64,000 nt of DNA from Eledone cirrhosa. Its lineage: Eukaryota. The notes under the pieces were generated by a model that worked only from the letters and a program-made list of their open reading frames with translations, was not told the DNA's origin and made no database searches. The position numbers were made by a program, and so were the translations under genes. Position 1 is the first letter of the stretch. Every line of letters starts with the position of its first letter. Positions 44,476-58,639 of this stretch are shown one piece after another. Location: contig OZ024742.1 in assembly GCA_964016885.1 (NCBI GenBank), positions 339,326,001 to 339,390,000 of the forward strand, written 5' to 3'.

Positions 44476-47400
44476 GTTTTATTTTCAAGGCAGGAGGCCC
44501 TCATGTTACCACTGCGCTGGCAGAGGTCACCTGAGGACTGCCTGCCCTCTACTAACAACAAAAAAAACCACTGCTACAAACACCACCACAACAACAAAAA
44601 CAACCAACACCACCACCACAAAAACAACAAAATACAACACCATCTCCACCACCACCACAACGACAACAAAAACCAACAACACCACCTCCTGCACCACCAC
44701 CACAACAACAACAAAAACAAAAGAGCACGAAACAAATCACAGTCACACCCACCCACCCCACACAGAAAACAATCAAAAATACACACACCAACACAACACT
44801 ACCACAAAATATCCCCCTACCCCCGAACACGGACGAAAACCTCCTTACATCGGAGCATAGCGAAGGTGAAGGAGAGCCGTTCCGACCAGTAAAAAGGAAA
44901 AAAAGGAAACATACCACTAACAGAAACCAAACAAACACAGAAGAAACCAACACAAAGCACCCCTCCCTATTACACAACACTAACAGCGTCACAGAACAAA
45001 ACATTACAGTACACTTACATCAACAAACAAAACAAAAAACTGCTCAATATAATAAACAGTAACCCTTTGGTGCAAACCGAAGGGCCAAATTTTAAGACAG
45101 TGGATGACTCTCCACACCTCAAAATGATAAAGGTCCCCATGAACCTTTATCAAACTTTAAAAAACGTTTATAAAGAGGACGTGGGGCCCCCCTGTAACAA
45201 ACCGTTTAACCGCGTCCTCTTAAAAGGTTACCCACCCCCCTCCTCAGACACCCACACAACTTCAAATACCCCCCACCACCACCACGTACTAACCCCCCCC
45301 AACCAACAACCCCTCCACCCCCCCATGAAAACTGAACAGCACGGACCCCGGGACGCAGAGAGGTAAGTGCTTCTTTCTTTACCACCAACATGGCTGTGTT
45401 AAGAGTAGGTTGTCTAAATGCGCGTGGCCTGGGCTCACCTTGGAAGAAAGCTAAACTTCTAAATGAGCTCAGGTCACGAGGTATAAATGGTTATTTGCGA
45501 GGCCCGGATCAGCAGCGTGCAACAACAAGCCCCTACCTTTGATGACTTTGAGATGCACGCATCTCTCTGTCAGCCAGGAGGTGGGGGTGGGGTTGTTGTT
45601 CTGCAGCAAAAACATCTGGGCCTCGCTACACAGACGGTACACTTGGACCCGGAGGGTCGACTAGTGGTTCTGAACCTTGGCAGTGGTGAAGGCGAAGCTT
45701 TTAGGCTGGTCGCCGTTTACGCCCCTTTTGGGGCAATGCAGTCGGACTTCTTCCATCGTCTGGAGACTTTTCTAGGGACGTCCAGCTCCTTGCTTTTAGT
45801 GGGGGACTGGAATGGTATCCTAGATGCACGTTGAGACTATGTAGGGGCATGTCCCGATAGAGGGGGGTTAACAATCTCAAGGGGTTAATCGGCCGATTTG
45901 ACCTGGCCGATAGATATCGACTAGATTTTCCGACTCTGCCAACCTGGACTTGGTCAAATAACAGTGGTCAATCTAGATCGTACCTAGATAGGTTCTTAGT
46001 TAGAATTAAGGATAGGGACTTTTTAAGTTGTCCAGAAATGCTCATGGTGGGCTATTCAGACCACAAGTAAGTGACCTGCGTAGTCCACCTTGATAGAATG
46101 CATAGGCAGGGACCCGGTTACTGGAAGCTCAACTTGTCCTTACCGGCAAGTAGAGCTTACAGTAGGTGGTGGGGCTCTCTGAAAAGAGAGATTAGAGTAG
46201 TTTCAATAGGAGTTAGTAAGGAGTTAGCCTCAGATAGAAATAGGAAGGAAAGGGAGTTGGTAGTTAATGTTGAAGAGGCAATGAGAAGCGGCAACGTGGC
46301 CAGAGTGCAAGCGTCGAGAACGGCATTGAGCCAGTTCTTCGACGCGAAACACGAAGGCTGCGTTGTCCGAAGCAAAAGACGTGCTCTGGGAAACGAGGGG
46401 ACCAAAGCTGTTAGCTGGGCCCGCGTGATAGAAGCCAAAAGTGGGATTAGATCTACTATCCGTCTTTGCAAGACCAGGATGGACGGGTGATCCTTGAACC
46501 TGAGCAAATGTGTGAGGCCTTTCAAAGGCACTTTGCCCGATTGCTCGGGAAGGGCGGGGGGCCGGTTGGAGATGTGGATTTCGGTACATACCTCGACGGC
46601 CTGCCGCATCTTTCAGACAAGGAGGCGAGGTCCTGCAACGCGCCGATCTCAGCTGCTGAAATAGGGGACGTGCTGAGCCTATGCGGCAAATGCAAATCTC
46701 CAGGGCTCGATGGTTTGCCCTACGAACTATATATTAATATGCCGGACTTGTTCCCCGATCTCCTCGAGGCGGTCTACTGCAACTGGCAACAGAACGGGAG
46801 AATTCCCTGTTCTCTGACCAAGGGCGTAGTCTCACTAGTGAGGAAGGACGAGAACAAGGGGGATGACATTAGTAATTTTAGGCCCATAACTCTGCTAAAT
46901 GCAGAGTTAAAGATTTGGGCCAAGGTGTTAGCGAAGAGGTTGGTGCTTGTCGTGGGGGGCCTGGTGGGAGATGCGCAGACATGCGCTATCCCGTCCAGGT
47001 CCATCCACGACAACCTCCACCTCATGCGATACATCATAGAGAGGGTTGGGAACGAACCCGGCTTTGGTGGGGCCCTGATAAATTTAGATCAGTCTAAAGC
47101 TTTCGATAGGGTGGCCCATGGTTACCTGGATGCGGTGCTAGCGGCGGCTGGTTTCGGACCCGTTTTCAGGGGCTGGATCACTGCCATGCACAGCAGCCGC
47201 ATCTGCTCAAGAGTCAAGGTGAACGGCTACCTCTCGGAGCCGTTCGAAATCACCCGCTCCATCCGACAGGGGTGCCCTCTCTCCTCCCTTCTGTATGTAT
47301 TGGCTCTCGAGCCACTACTGCGGAAATTGGAGTTGTTGCAGGGAATCCGTTTGGAACCGAGATTGCGCAAAGCGGTGTCGGCCTACGACTATGACGTAAC

Positions 47401-48996
47401 AGTAATGGTGTCGACCACCGCGGAAATCGAGGCAATCGGCACCTTACCGGAGGTGTACGAAAGGTTGACAGGGACTAAGCTGAACCGGGACAAGTCAGTT
47501 GCTTTGAAACTCGGCGAGTGGAGGGGCAAAGCGATGTCGTCCGACGGTATCGTCGGACGGTGGACAGAGGGCCCGGTGAAGTTGCTTGGGTTCTGATTCG
47601 GACCGGACCTCCAGGTGGAGAAAAACTGGGGTGAGGTGACGAATAGGGTGCTTGCACTGACCCAGAAGTGGGCCGAGTGCAAACTATCCCTGAAAGGTCG
47701 GGCGGAGGTGGCGAACGCTTACATAGCGTCCGTCATCTATTACCGCTTGACTGTCGTGCCTTTACCGGGTGAGATCCTCGCCAAAATGGAGCGCGCTCTG
47801 TTTCACTTCCTTTGGAAGAAGAGGTCTCCTATGGTGAGGAGATCCATCTGCTGTCAACACCCTTTGAAAGGAGGGCTGGGGATGCCGTGGCTAAAAATGC
47901 GTAAACACGCATTGAGGCTACGGCACCTCCAGGTATTCCTCACCGCTCAACCGGTGTGGACCCCGTTTGTGAGGCGAGCCTTCCCGAGGCTCGTCTCTCT
48001 CACTGAGCTGCAGTCCTGGTTGAAGCAAAGACCGAGAAAACTGGGCGACTGGCATACCGAGTGTGCCCAAGCGCTCACGGCTCTCTGGCAGGCGGACCCG
48101 GCTATCGGTGGAGCCTCCACCTCGTCATTCTATAGAGGGCTGGTGATTAGCAGGTGCGACGACGCCCTCGGAGAAACCCTAGTCATGGAGGAGGACGAAC
48201 TGGCCAGCCTATTCGGTAGGATTTTCGGCCCGGGACCTATGGACAACTTCCAGAAGTCCTTGGCCTAGCAGTGCTACCGAGGGGCTCTGCCCGTTCGGGA
48301 TAAGCTCTACAGACACGGGCGCCCGGGTAGGGACCTCTCGAAAAAGATCTGTCCCAGATGCGTGCGCGACGAGGAAACCGTCGCGCACTCATTGGTACAC
48401 TGACCGAGCGTTACCGATCTGTGGGGCTATGTCGAACAACTGCTGTCACGGGTGGGACCAATTAGGTTGACCACCGAGTCCATTGTAACGATCAAGCCGC
48501 CTCCCCCTTCAAAAATGAAGGAGAGGCGGTCTTCCTCTGTGTAATAGCCATGGTAAAAGAGGTTGTATGGTGGACGCGTCTAAAAGGGCTGAGGTCGGAC
48601 ACCTTTCTTTCCGGCCAACAACTGGTCCTTTTCTTCCGATACCATTTCGGAAGAAGGATCAGGATGGAGAGAGAGGTGCTCCACCCCTGCCAGTTTCATG
48701 AAAGGTGGGTGAAAGTTGCGAGAATGGCCCGTGTGAATGGGCCTTCTCTCTATATCAGCCTGTAGGTGGAAAGGGATGAAGGAAGAAGGGAGCACCCTCT
48801 CTTTGTGCTCCCGTAGAGAGGGGTCGCATATTTTTTTTCGGGGGTGTGTGTGACCCCAAAACGATCCCTTCCTATTGAGGACCTTTTTGTTATAATTATA
48901 TTTATTACATTTTTTTTACTTGATTTATATGTAACCCCCCCCCCCCCCATGTATATGTCCCTTTCTTTTGTGCCCTCGTAGCAAATAAATATAAAT

Positions 48997-48997
<1 letters not shown>
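44476..48997 (+). mobile_element. Tx1-like LINE copy 2, 5'-truncated within ORF1
   Basis: Begins at the ORF1 zinc knuckle CYHCAGRGHLRTAC; AATAAA at 48984, then (TATC)n. Confidence 0.9.
45390..48765 (+). pseudogene. ORF2 (APE endonuclease - RT - C-terminal zinc finger), disrupted
   Basis: CLNARGL, GDWN, SDH, GPGYWKLN, KSPGLDG, FRPITLLN, DQSKAFD, IRQGCPLS; catalytic YADD reads YDYD; several stops and frameshifts. Confidence 0.9.
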
Positions 48998-49068
<71 letters not shown>

Positions 49069-49074
49069 TTATCT
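48998..49074. repeat. (TATC)n between LINE copies 2 and 3
   Basis: Direct observation. Confidence 0.95.
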
Positions 49075-49308
49075 CTTAATCTAGCTGTCGTCTGTTCGAT
49101 AGCGTAGACGTAATTCACTTCGCGCAGAAGTTTTGTTCCAATTTATTGCGGAAATTTTGTAAGTTTAATTTTAATTTTGATACTATTGTGTAGCTTGACC
49201 CCCCGTCTGAACTGTCAGGCGGTGGGTCAGCTCATTTTCGCCCCTCCCAGGGGTGAAAAACCTGTTTTAAAAAATTTTGTTGCATAAAATTTCAATCGTC
49301 TGGGAGAA

Positions 49309-51219
49309 ATGTTAAACGAAGCTAACGAAAATAGTGGTGGGAGGACAGCGGTAAGAGTTGTAAGCTCGCACGCTTTAGTCCCCCCTTCCTTCCCAACTAA
49401 CGTCATAGAGAAGGAAAGAAAAAATAAAATAAAAACAGACGAATGTGCGGAGAAAAATGTCGACGAAAACACAAATCTGGAGATTGATTCCAACAACAAA
49501 AAAAATATGAAAGAATTGCATGACAATATTAATACCACAAACAAAGAAACAACAAACACAAAAATAACATTTGAAAACAACAACATCATAACAGAAAGCA
49601 AAACAGACGACAAAGTCAACACCAATAACATCTCATTTGCACAAACAACAAAACAATCTTTAACATACATACCTGAAAATATTTCAGATGTGGCACAAAG
49701 AATAAAAAACGCCAAACAATTCATAACTCAAGGGGAAAATGGAGCCTTGTCAGTAAAAATGCCCCAAGAACTCACCAAAGATATTGAAAGTCGGACGGTC
49801 GTTTTCCGCACCATCAACAACATCTTAAAAAAGCCACAACAACCAACACAAGCAGAAATTAAAGCGGTACTTAGAGAAGTACTTAATGAAGCCACTTTCA
49901 TAAGAAGAGACAGGCTCTATGGAAGCCTGGCCATTATTATGAAGAACGAATCGATGGCAAAAAAATATGCTTTGTCGCCGATTCGTTCGACAAATTTTAC
50001 CTTTTATCCATCTTATATGAGTAAAAAAACTCAGCGCATATGGCGGGATACGATGATGCCAGATATGGACTACTGCTGGCTCATAGCTGGCTTCATCGAT
50101 CCAGCGAATGACAACGTGATTTCCATTGGGAAAACCACAGGCAATGCGTTCAGTGGAACAGGTATAGAACTTGTAGTGCAAATGAAGCCTGAACGCATTG
50201 CCCAAATACCCGACAGAATCCTATTAGAGGGCCACGGGTATATAAACATTAGCGTGGAGGGGAGAAGGCCGTCCTGTCATCATCTGTGCAGGCAGAGGGC
50301 ACCTGAAGGCGGCTTGTCCCCAACTCAACAAGAAGAAAACCGTGCTACCAACACCAGCTCCACCACCACCACAACAGATAAACAAACAACAAAACTCAGT
50401 CCCACCCAACCCGTCCCTCAGTAAAAATACACCACCACCACAGCACAAACAGACACAACACATTACCCAAAAACAAAACACAGTCCCACCCAACCCCTCA
50501 CTCAATAAAACAACACAACCACCGCAGCCACAACATACAACACAGTCTAACATAGTGACATCCATCTCCCCCACAAAGAAAACTAAGACGGAAACATTAC
50601 CAGCAAACATACCTCTTCCCATCAACACTGAAGATAACCCAACGGATTCGGAGGAAGAAACGGAGTCCTTCAGACAGATTAAAAGGAAAAAAAGAAAACA
50701 TCTGCAAAACACACAAGGCCAAACAACCCCTACCCAAATGTCAACACAATCCAACAAAACACAAAACACCCCTCCAGCAACAAACAAAACCAAACCTGCC
50801 CCTCCCCTCTTCGAAACACTCACACCATCCGAAAAAAAGACATTACACTATACTTACATCAACAGAAACAATAATAAATTAAATGAACTCATAAACAATA
50901 ACCCTTCGGTACAAACCGAAGGGGTAAACTTTGTTTCTTCAGAAAACTACCCACATTTAAAATTAATAAAGATCCCAATGAACCTCTACCAAAAACTAAA
51001 AAAGTTTTTAAGGAGGACGTAGGACCACCCTCTGTCAAACCCATATACCGCGTCCTCCTAAAAAGCTTTCCCCCTCCCCTTCCCCTCCCCAACACAACTC
51101 CAAACACCCCAACTCCACCACACACTGACGACCCCACACCACCACAAGACACCCCTACACCCAACACCCCCGACCCCATGGAAGTCGTGCGACCCAAACC
51201 CCGGGAAGCAAAAAGGTAG
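49309..51219 (+). pseudogene. ORF1 (gag-like, CCHC knuckle, Pro/Thr/Gln-rich tail), frameshifted
   Basis: EGRRPSC-[frameshift]-CAGRGHLKAACP; homologous to copy 2 at 44476-45366. Confidence 0.8.
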
Positions 51220-51252
51220 GTCTCTACACTCTCCTTTGGCTTTGCCGCCCAC

Positions 51253-54200
51253 ATGGATGTGTTAAGAGTAGGATGTTTGAATGCACGTGGCCTGGGCTCA
51301 ACTTGGAAGCAAGCAAAGCTTCTAAATGACCTCAGGTTACGTGGTATAAATATAATGGTTATCTGTGAGACTCGGATGAGCGTCGTGCGGCAGCTGGCCC
51401 CTACCTTCGATGACTTTAAGGTGCACGCATCTCTCTGTCAACCTGGAGGTGGGAGTGGGGTTGTCGTACTGCTGGAAAAACACCTGGGTCTCGCCGTACA
51501 GGTTGTTCACTCGGACGCGGAGGGTCGTTTGTTGGTGCTAGACGTTGGCAGTAGTGGAGGTGCGGCCTTGAGACTGGTCGCCGTCTACTCCCCTTTCGGA
51601 GCTGAACGACCCGACTTCTTCCAGCGTCTGGAGACTTTTCTGGGAACGTCGCGTTCCCTACTTCTAGCGGGGGACTGGAATAACATCCTAAATGCACGTT
51701 GGGACTATGCAGGAGCATGTCCTAAAGAGGGGGGTATAACAGCCTCAAGGGGTTACTCAACCGTTTTAACTTGGTCGATAGATATCGACTAGATTTTCCA
51801 ACTGTGCCAACCTGAACTTGGACGAACCACAGTGGTCAATCTAGATCGTACTTAGATAGATTCTTAGTTAGAAGTAAGGATAGGGACATATTAAGCTGTC
51901 CAGAAATGCTCACGGTTGGCTATACAGATCACAAATTAGTGACCTGCGTAGTCAACCTCGAGAGAACACATAGACAGGGACCCGGTTACTGGAAACTTAA
52001 TTTGTCTTTACCGGCAAAAGAAGCTTACAGAGACCGGATTAGCAGATTAGTTAAGGAGAAGTTGACGGGTGCAATCGTCAACAACCGATGGTGGGCATCT
52101 CTCAAAAGAGAGATTAGAACAGAATCAATAAGTTATAGCAAGATGTTAGCTGCCGATAGGAATAGGAACGAGAAAGAATTAACAGGTAAATTAGAAGAGG
52201 CAATCAAGAGCGAAGATGTGGCCAGAGTGCTGGCATCGAGGACGGCCTTGAGCCAGTTTTTCGATGCAAAGAACGAAGGCTGCGTCATTCGAAGTAAAAT
52301 ACGTGCTCTAGGTAATGAGGGAGCCAAAGCCGTTGGATGGGCCCGCGTAACAGAAGCTAAGAATGGAAATAGATCCACCATCCGGTCTTTGCAAGACGAG
52401 GATGAACGGGTGATCCGGGAGCCTAAGCAGATGTGCGAGGCCTTTCAATGGCACTTTGCCCGATTTTTCGGGGGAGCCGAGGGTCCGGGCGGGGACGTGG
52501 ATTTCGTCCATACCTCGACGGCCTGCCGCGTCTCTCAAGCGAAGAGGCAGAGTCCTGCGAGGATCCAATCTCGGCTGATGAGATCGAGGATGCGCTGAGC
52601 CAATGCAGCAGACTCAAATCTCCAGGTCTCGATGGTATACCTTACGAACTTTATTTGGCAATGCCGGTCTTCTTCTCCGAACTCCTCGAAGCGGTCTACT
52701 GCAATTGGCAGCAGAACGGGAGAATTCCTTGTTCTGTAGCCAAGGGTGTAGTCTCGCTGGTGAGGAAGGACGAGAACAAGGGGGATAGTATAAATAATTT
52801 TCGGCCCATAACCCTGCTAAACACAGAGTTAAAGATTTTGGCCAAGGTGTTAGCAAAGAGGTTGGCGCTTGTCGTGGGTGGCCTAGTGGGAGATGCGCAG
52901 ACATGTGCTATCCCATCCAGGTCCATTCACGACAACTTCCACCTCATGCGACACATCATAGAGAGGGTTGGATCAGTCTAAGGCTTTCGATAGGGTCGAC
53001 CATGGTTACCTGGATGCGGCGCTAGCGGCGGCTGGGTTCGGCCCTGTTTTCAGAGGCTGGATAACTGCCTTACATAGCAACCACATCTGTTCTAGGATCA
53101 AGGTGAACGGCTACATTTCGAAGCCGTTCGAAATCACACGATCCATTCGACAGGGGTGCCCTCTCTCCTCCCTTCTGTACGTATTGACTCTCGAGCCTTT
53201 ACTGAGGAAGTTGGAGTTGTTGCAGGGTATCCCCCTGGAACCAGGATTGAGCAAAGCGGTGTCGGCCTACGCCGATGACGTAACAGTAATGGTATCGACC
53301 GACTCGGAGATCGAGGCGATCGGTACCTTACTGGAGGAATACGAAAGGTTGTCAGGAGCGAAACTGAACCGGGAAAAATCCATCGGGCTGCAACTCGGAA
53401 CGTGGAGAGGCAGACCAATGCCTCCCGACGGTGTCGTCGGACACTGGACGGAGGGCCCGGTGAAGTTGCTTGGGGTCTGGTTTGGACCGGACCTCCAAGT
53501 GGAAAAGAACTGGGGCGAGGTTACGAACAAGGTGTTTGCACTGACCCAGAAATGGGCCAAGTGTAAGCTGTCCCTGAAAGGTCGGGCGGAGGTGGCGAAC
53601 ATTTACATAGCGTCCGTCACCTACTACCGCCTGACTGTCGTGCCTTACTCTAAGGAAACACTCACCACCATGGAACGCATGCTCTTTCAATTTCTTTGGA
53701 AGAAGCACCCTCCTATGGTGAGAAGATCCATCTGCTGCCAACAACCTTCGAAAGGAGGGCTGGGGATGCCGTGGTTGATGATGCGTAGGCACGCATTAAG
53801 GCTACGGCACCTACAGGTATTCCTCACTGGTCAACCGGTGTGGGCTCCATTCGTGAGACGAGCCTTTCCGAGACTCGTCTCGCTCACCGAGCTGCAGTCC
53901 TGGGTCAAGCAAAGATCCGGAAAACTGGGCGACTGGCACACTGAGTGTGCCCAAGCGTTCAGGGCTCTCTGGCAAGCGGACCCGGCCATCGGTGGAGAAT
54001 CCACCTCGTCATTCTATAGAGGGCTGGTGGCTAGCAGGGGCGATGAAACCCTTGGAGAGTCGCTGGACATGGAAAAGGACCAATTGGCCAGCCTGTTCGG
54101 TAGGATTTTCGGCCCGGGACTAATGGACAACTTCCAGAAGTCACTGGCCTGGCAGTGCTACCGGGGGGCTCTACCCGTTCGAGAAAAACTCTACAGACAC

Positions 54201-54650
54201 GGGCGCCCGGGCAGGGATCCCTCGAAAAAGATTTGCCCTAGATGCGTACGTCACGAAGAAACCGTTGCGCACGCATTGGTGCACTGTCCGGGCGTGGCTG
54301 ATATGTGGGGCTACGCCGAACGACTGGTGTCGCGGGTGGCGCCGATTCGATTGACCGCCGAGTCCGTGATGACAATCAAGCCGCCTCCCCTCTTCACAAA
54401 GGAAGCAAAGGCGGTTTTTCTGTGCGTAATAGCCATGTTGAAAGAGGTTGCTTGGTGGACACGATTGAAAGGTCTGGGGTCAGGCAACTTGCTCTCTGGC
54501 CATAGTCTGGTCTACTTCTTCCGATATCACTTCGGAAGAAGGATAAGAATGGAGAGAGAGGTGCTTGGCCACAGGCAGTTTTATGAAAGGTGGGTGATAG
54601 TGGCGAGAATGGCTCGTGTAAATGGGCCTTCTCTGTATACCATCCTGTAG
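51253..54650 (+). pseudogene. ORF2 (APE - RT - zinc finger), disrupted
   Basis: YADD intact; frameshifts near 51735 and 52507, in-frame stop near 51813, short deletion at 52970 relative to copy 2. Confidence 0.9.
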
Positions 54651-55570
54651 GTAAAGAAGTGAAGGAGAGGGGAGCACCTTCTCCATGTGCTCCCCGGGCA
54701 AAGGATTGCACACTTTTTCGGGGGTGTGTGCAACCCCTATCACGTCCCCTCCCTTTTGAGGTTGTTTTTGATTATTTTCATTTTATACCCTTTTTACTCG
54801 GTTTTATGTAAACTCCCCCTTTGTATTTGTCCCTTCTTTTTATACCTTTATGGTAAATAAAGAAATATATCTATCTATCTATCTCTATCTCTCACTCTCT
54901 CTACCTACCTACCCGCCTGTCTATCTATGGCGTCTATTTATGTATGTTTACCAATGTATCTATCTTTAGACAAGAATAAAAGAAACAAAGCACAAATCCC
55001 AATAATAATCAGTATGTAAATAGATAGATAGATCGTAAGATCGATTCATAGATAAGTAGTGGAAAGGGACAAAATTAAAGGGATATATGCTTATAATGAT
55101 TAAAGGATAAATGGAAGAAAAATATTGTAATTAATTTAAATGAAGAGAAAATGAAATCCAGCGACGGCCGGACTGATAAAAGGGAGAAGAGTAACTAAGG
55201 TGTTGAAGCCCCTTTCTTATAGATGTTTTTATCAAACTATAATTAAATTTAATATTTTTTTAAAACTATAAACACACTCATTTTTGATGGGTACTATGCT
55301 AATATGAGAACATGTTAGTTATACGGTCAAGCTTCTATGTGAGTATATGTATGTATATGTGTGTATATATGCGTAGTTATGTGCCTATATATGTGTGTAT
55401 ATATAATACAATTACATACACTAAAATATATCTAGTATTCAACACAAACAGTATCGATTATTTAACTTCTTTCGAGTTTTAAAACGATTGACATTTGAAA
55501 GAAAAATCAAACATAAATATTATTCTTATCTTTATCAACATCCAATTAAAAAATGTCGCCTATCTCTTCA

Positions 55571-55659
<89 letters not shown>

Positions 55660-56569
55660 GTGTGTGTATATATATGGGTGTATGTACATATATATGTATG
55701 TGTTTGTGTGTGTATGTGTACGTGCGTGTGAGTGTGTGTGTATATGTGTGTCTGTGTGCGTGTGTGTATGTGTGTGTGTATGTATATGTGTGTTTGTGTG
55801 TGCGTGTGTGTGTGTGTATGTATATGTGTGTCTGTGTGTGCACGTGTGTTTCTGTGTGTGTCTGTGTGTGTATGTAGTTGATGTTTTTGACATACTCCGT
55901 GGGAATTTCACATGTTTACATCTGATGTCTCAAATGTATCATTTTTCTTCTGCTATCACCGTTGGCATTGTTATGTACCTCCATCTTCAGGCTGCTGTGT
56001 CTGTCGTTCTATCACCGGACATTGACCTTTTTACAGCTCAGACCATCCTTTAATAATTTACTTTGCTGTTTTCAACGTGCCATCACATCATTTCTTCTTT
56101 TCAGCTAGCAATATTCTTTGTGTAGTTATATAATACTTTCTTGTGATCTACATCCCTTAAGCATTTTTGTAAGAGTGACATTATTTAGTTTCTTTTTATA
56201 TTATTTTCCTTTAATTAAAAAAACCGATTCAGAACTCACATCGAACTAAATAATGAATAACGAATGAAACTTGCATGCTTCAGTAGTGCACAGGGCACAT
56301 ATATTATTTCCCATTCCACGTTAACATTTATATTATTCTTTATTAATTCAAGACCTATGCATAATAACTACTGAACCAATCAATGAATAAGGGATGAAAT
56401 TTATATTTGATTAATTTGTTGTGCCCAGGGCATATATCTATCATTTCACAGTTCATGTTTATATTTATATTATTCTCTCTTAATTTCAGACAGACACATA
56501 ACAACTTCTGAATCAACTATTTTAGCAAAGCAATAAACACATGATTGTTTTCATCATGTGTTTCTTACT

Positions 56570-56892
56570 TTGAGAGATCACAGTTCCAATACTATGGGCA
56601 TGTGATTAGAATGTCTGAAGAAAGAATCGCTGGACAGATTTTACGGGCAAAACCAACTGGCAGGAGACCCAGGCGTAGGCCCGGAGCAAGTTGGTTGTAT
56701 AACATCCATGAGCTTAGCTGGTATCGAGTAGGGATTCAGTCGGATCAGTTGGAGACGGTTGCTTCTGACAGGACCCGCTGGAAGGAGTGTTTGAGGACTC
56801 TATCCCCACGACCGCCTCAGGAAGAAGAAGAAGAAGAAGAAGAAGAAGAAGAAGAAGAAGAAGAAGAAGAAGAAGAAGAAGAAGAAGAAGAA
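56570..56892 (+). mobile_element. RTE-clade (Expander/Rex3-like) LINE 3' fragment with (GAA)n tail
   Basis: ERSQFQYYGHVIRM..PTGRRPRRRP..W..I..LSW.R.GI..L..VA.DR..W..L.PRP; (GAA)n 56821-56892. Confidence 0.8.
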
Positions 56893-57107
56893 ACACATGG
56901 CTAAGTAATTATCTGATGACAAGCCAAGCAGGAGGCAGCTACTTTATAAACAAACTGAGACAAAGATGACTGGATTTACCAATGGAAATATAAAGCAAAA
57001 CAACAAAACTAGGATAATTTCACGAAAACGAGATAAAAAAAAAATTTGTTTTCGTCCTAACATGGTGGATACCTAAATGTATTCGTGAGTAAATAATAAT
57101 AATATAA

Positions 57108-57299
57108 TGTGGATTAGCAGTATCGGTAGAGGGTCGGACGCCATGCTTTGCAGCAAAGAGTTACGGCCCTTGCCATTCTGAGTTCAAATCTCGCCGAGGT
57201 TAACTTTGACTTTAATCCTTACGGGGTAGATAAAATAAAGTACCAGTAATACACTGGGATAATTTCTGGCCTTGTGCCCAAAATAGAAACAATTATAAT
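57108..57299 (+). mobile_element. SINE copy 8
   Basis: Head, core and tail. Confidence 0.88.
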
Positions 57300-57847
57300 A
57301 ATATTCGGTTCGTTTGCAAAAAAATGAAAAATGAAATCAACCAAAGAAAAATAAAGTAACTAACAACAACCAGTGACAAACCAAATATGGTGATAGCTAG
57401 AAACAAATGCCCGGTAAAGTATTATGAAATAATGTCTAAATCATATGATAGAAAAAAGATTAAACCATTTCCAATGTATATAAAACCAGCTGGATGAAAG
57501 TACGCCTCAGTAGAAACTGGATAGGCAGGAAACCAGAGCCGAGAAAATACTCGCTTTAAATAAACAATAAACCCTGCACCATATATTGAGTACTCCATAA
57601 CTCTTTCGTTGAAAAATGTAACATTTCATAATCCGGACTCTACCCGCTCTTCGACTTGGATAAATTTTCGGATCATTGGATTTTCTGATTGATTTTTGCT
57701 TTATACCAATATACCACGACTCACTACCACTTCCCCCTCCACTATTCTCTTCCGACTACTCACATCTCAACATCTAAATTTTTCTTTTCTGTTGCTGCCC
57801 ACTCTCTTCTATCTTTCTACTTCTTCTTTAATTTCTCATTCTATTTT

Positions 57848-57876
57848 CTGATGAAGGACTAGCGTCCAAAACGTTA
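57848..57876 (+). ncRNA. Degenerate minimal hammerhead motif (G12 to A)
   Basis: CTGATGA-a-ggac-tagc-gtcc-AAAAC-gtta, after a pyrimidine-rich pLTR-like tract. Confidence 0.4.
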
Positions 57877-57962
57877 TGACTCTTTTTCTACTATATCAAA
57901 CGTCAAATTAATAACATGCTTTATTATTTCTGTTTGCCTTTTGTACACTATATATATATATA

Positions 57963-58027
<65 letters not shown>

Positions 58028-58572
58028 GTAATATGTATATGTGTTCGTTCGTTTGTTTGGTGGCGTATTTTCAAATTCTAGGCGTACCCCAAACTACATT
58101 ATATCATTATCACTATTCCCATTTCTAATGTGGTAGAATGTGAATTTAGTGAAATTTAGTTGTTATTTCTAGCGTAAAGAGGTTTAATAAAATCGGAATA
58201 TGTCTATAGCTTTTAAACCATATCTTTAGAACCAAGTCTGCATCAATGTGCATTGCCTCAATTGTCTAAACATTTTGATCAACTGATACGATTGGAGATA
58301 TCTCTTGCAAATCCTTAGATAGACAGAAATAAGTTTGCGTGACAAGCAAAGCTTTACCAATATCATTATCTAACTAAGTGATTACAAACATTATATTATG
58401 ACGTTTCATGGCTCTAATGTCTTCACAATGCATGAACAAATATGATGATTACAGTCTCTTCATACAGTAACATTGTTATCTTTTTACTGAGTTAAAATTA
58501 CAATCGTGTGTTCTTTACAAATTAGAGAGATATTTTCAAGGTTTTTTGTTAATAGCATAGTAAGAGGAAGCA

Positions 58573-58639
58573 GACGCAGTATGGCCGAATAGTTAAACGG
58601 CTCACTTCGCAATCATTAAGTCCCGGGTTCGACCCCGAC
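58573..58639 (+). mobile_element. tRNA-like SINE head (second family)
   Basis: A box TGGCCGAATAGTTAA, B box GGTTCGACCCC; no clean cloverleaf. Confidence 0.55.

Larger units (their letters stand above)
49075..54867 (+). mobile_element. Tx1-like LINE copy 3, near full length (~5.8 kb)
   Basis: 5' UTR, ORF1, ORF2, 3' UTR with AATAAA at 54856; (TATC)n on both sides. Confidence 0.92.

Noticed and set aside
49075-54867. Active autonomous LINE
   Set aside because: Both ORFs have frameshifts, and ORF2 has a stop and an RT deletion; some frameshifts could be homopolymer sequencing errors.
56821-56892. Poly-Glu / poly-Arg protein tract
   Set aside because: It is the (GAA)n tail of an RTE element.
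56913-56950. CTGATGA as an HHR core
   Set aside because: No downstream GAAA or pairing.
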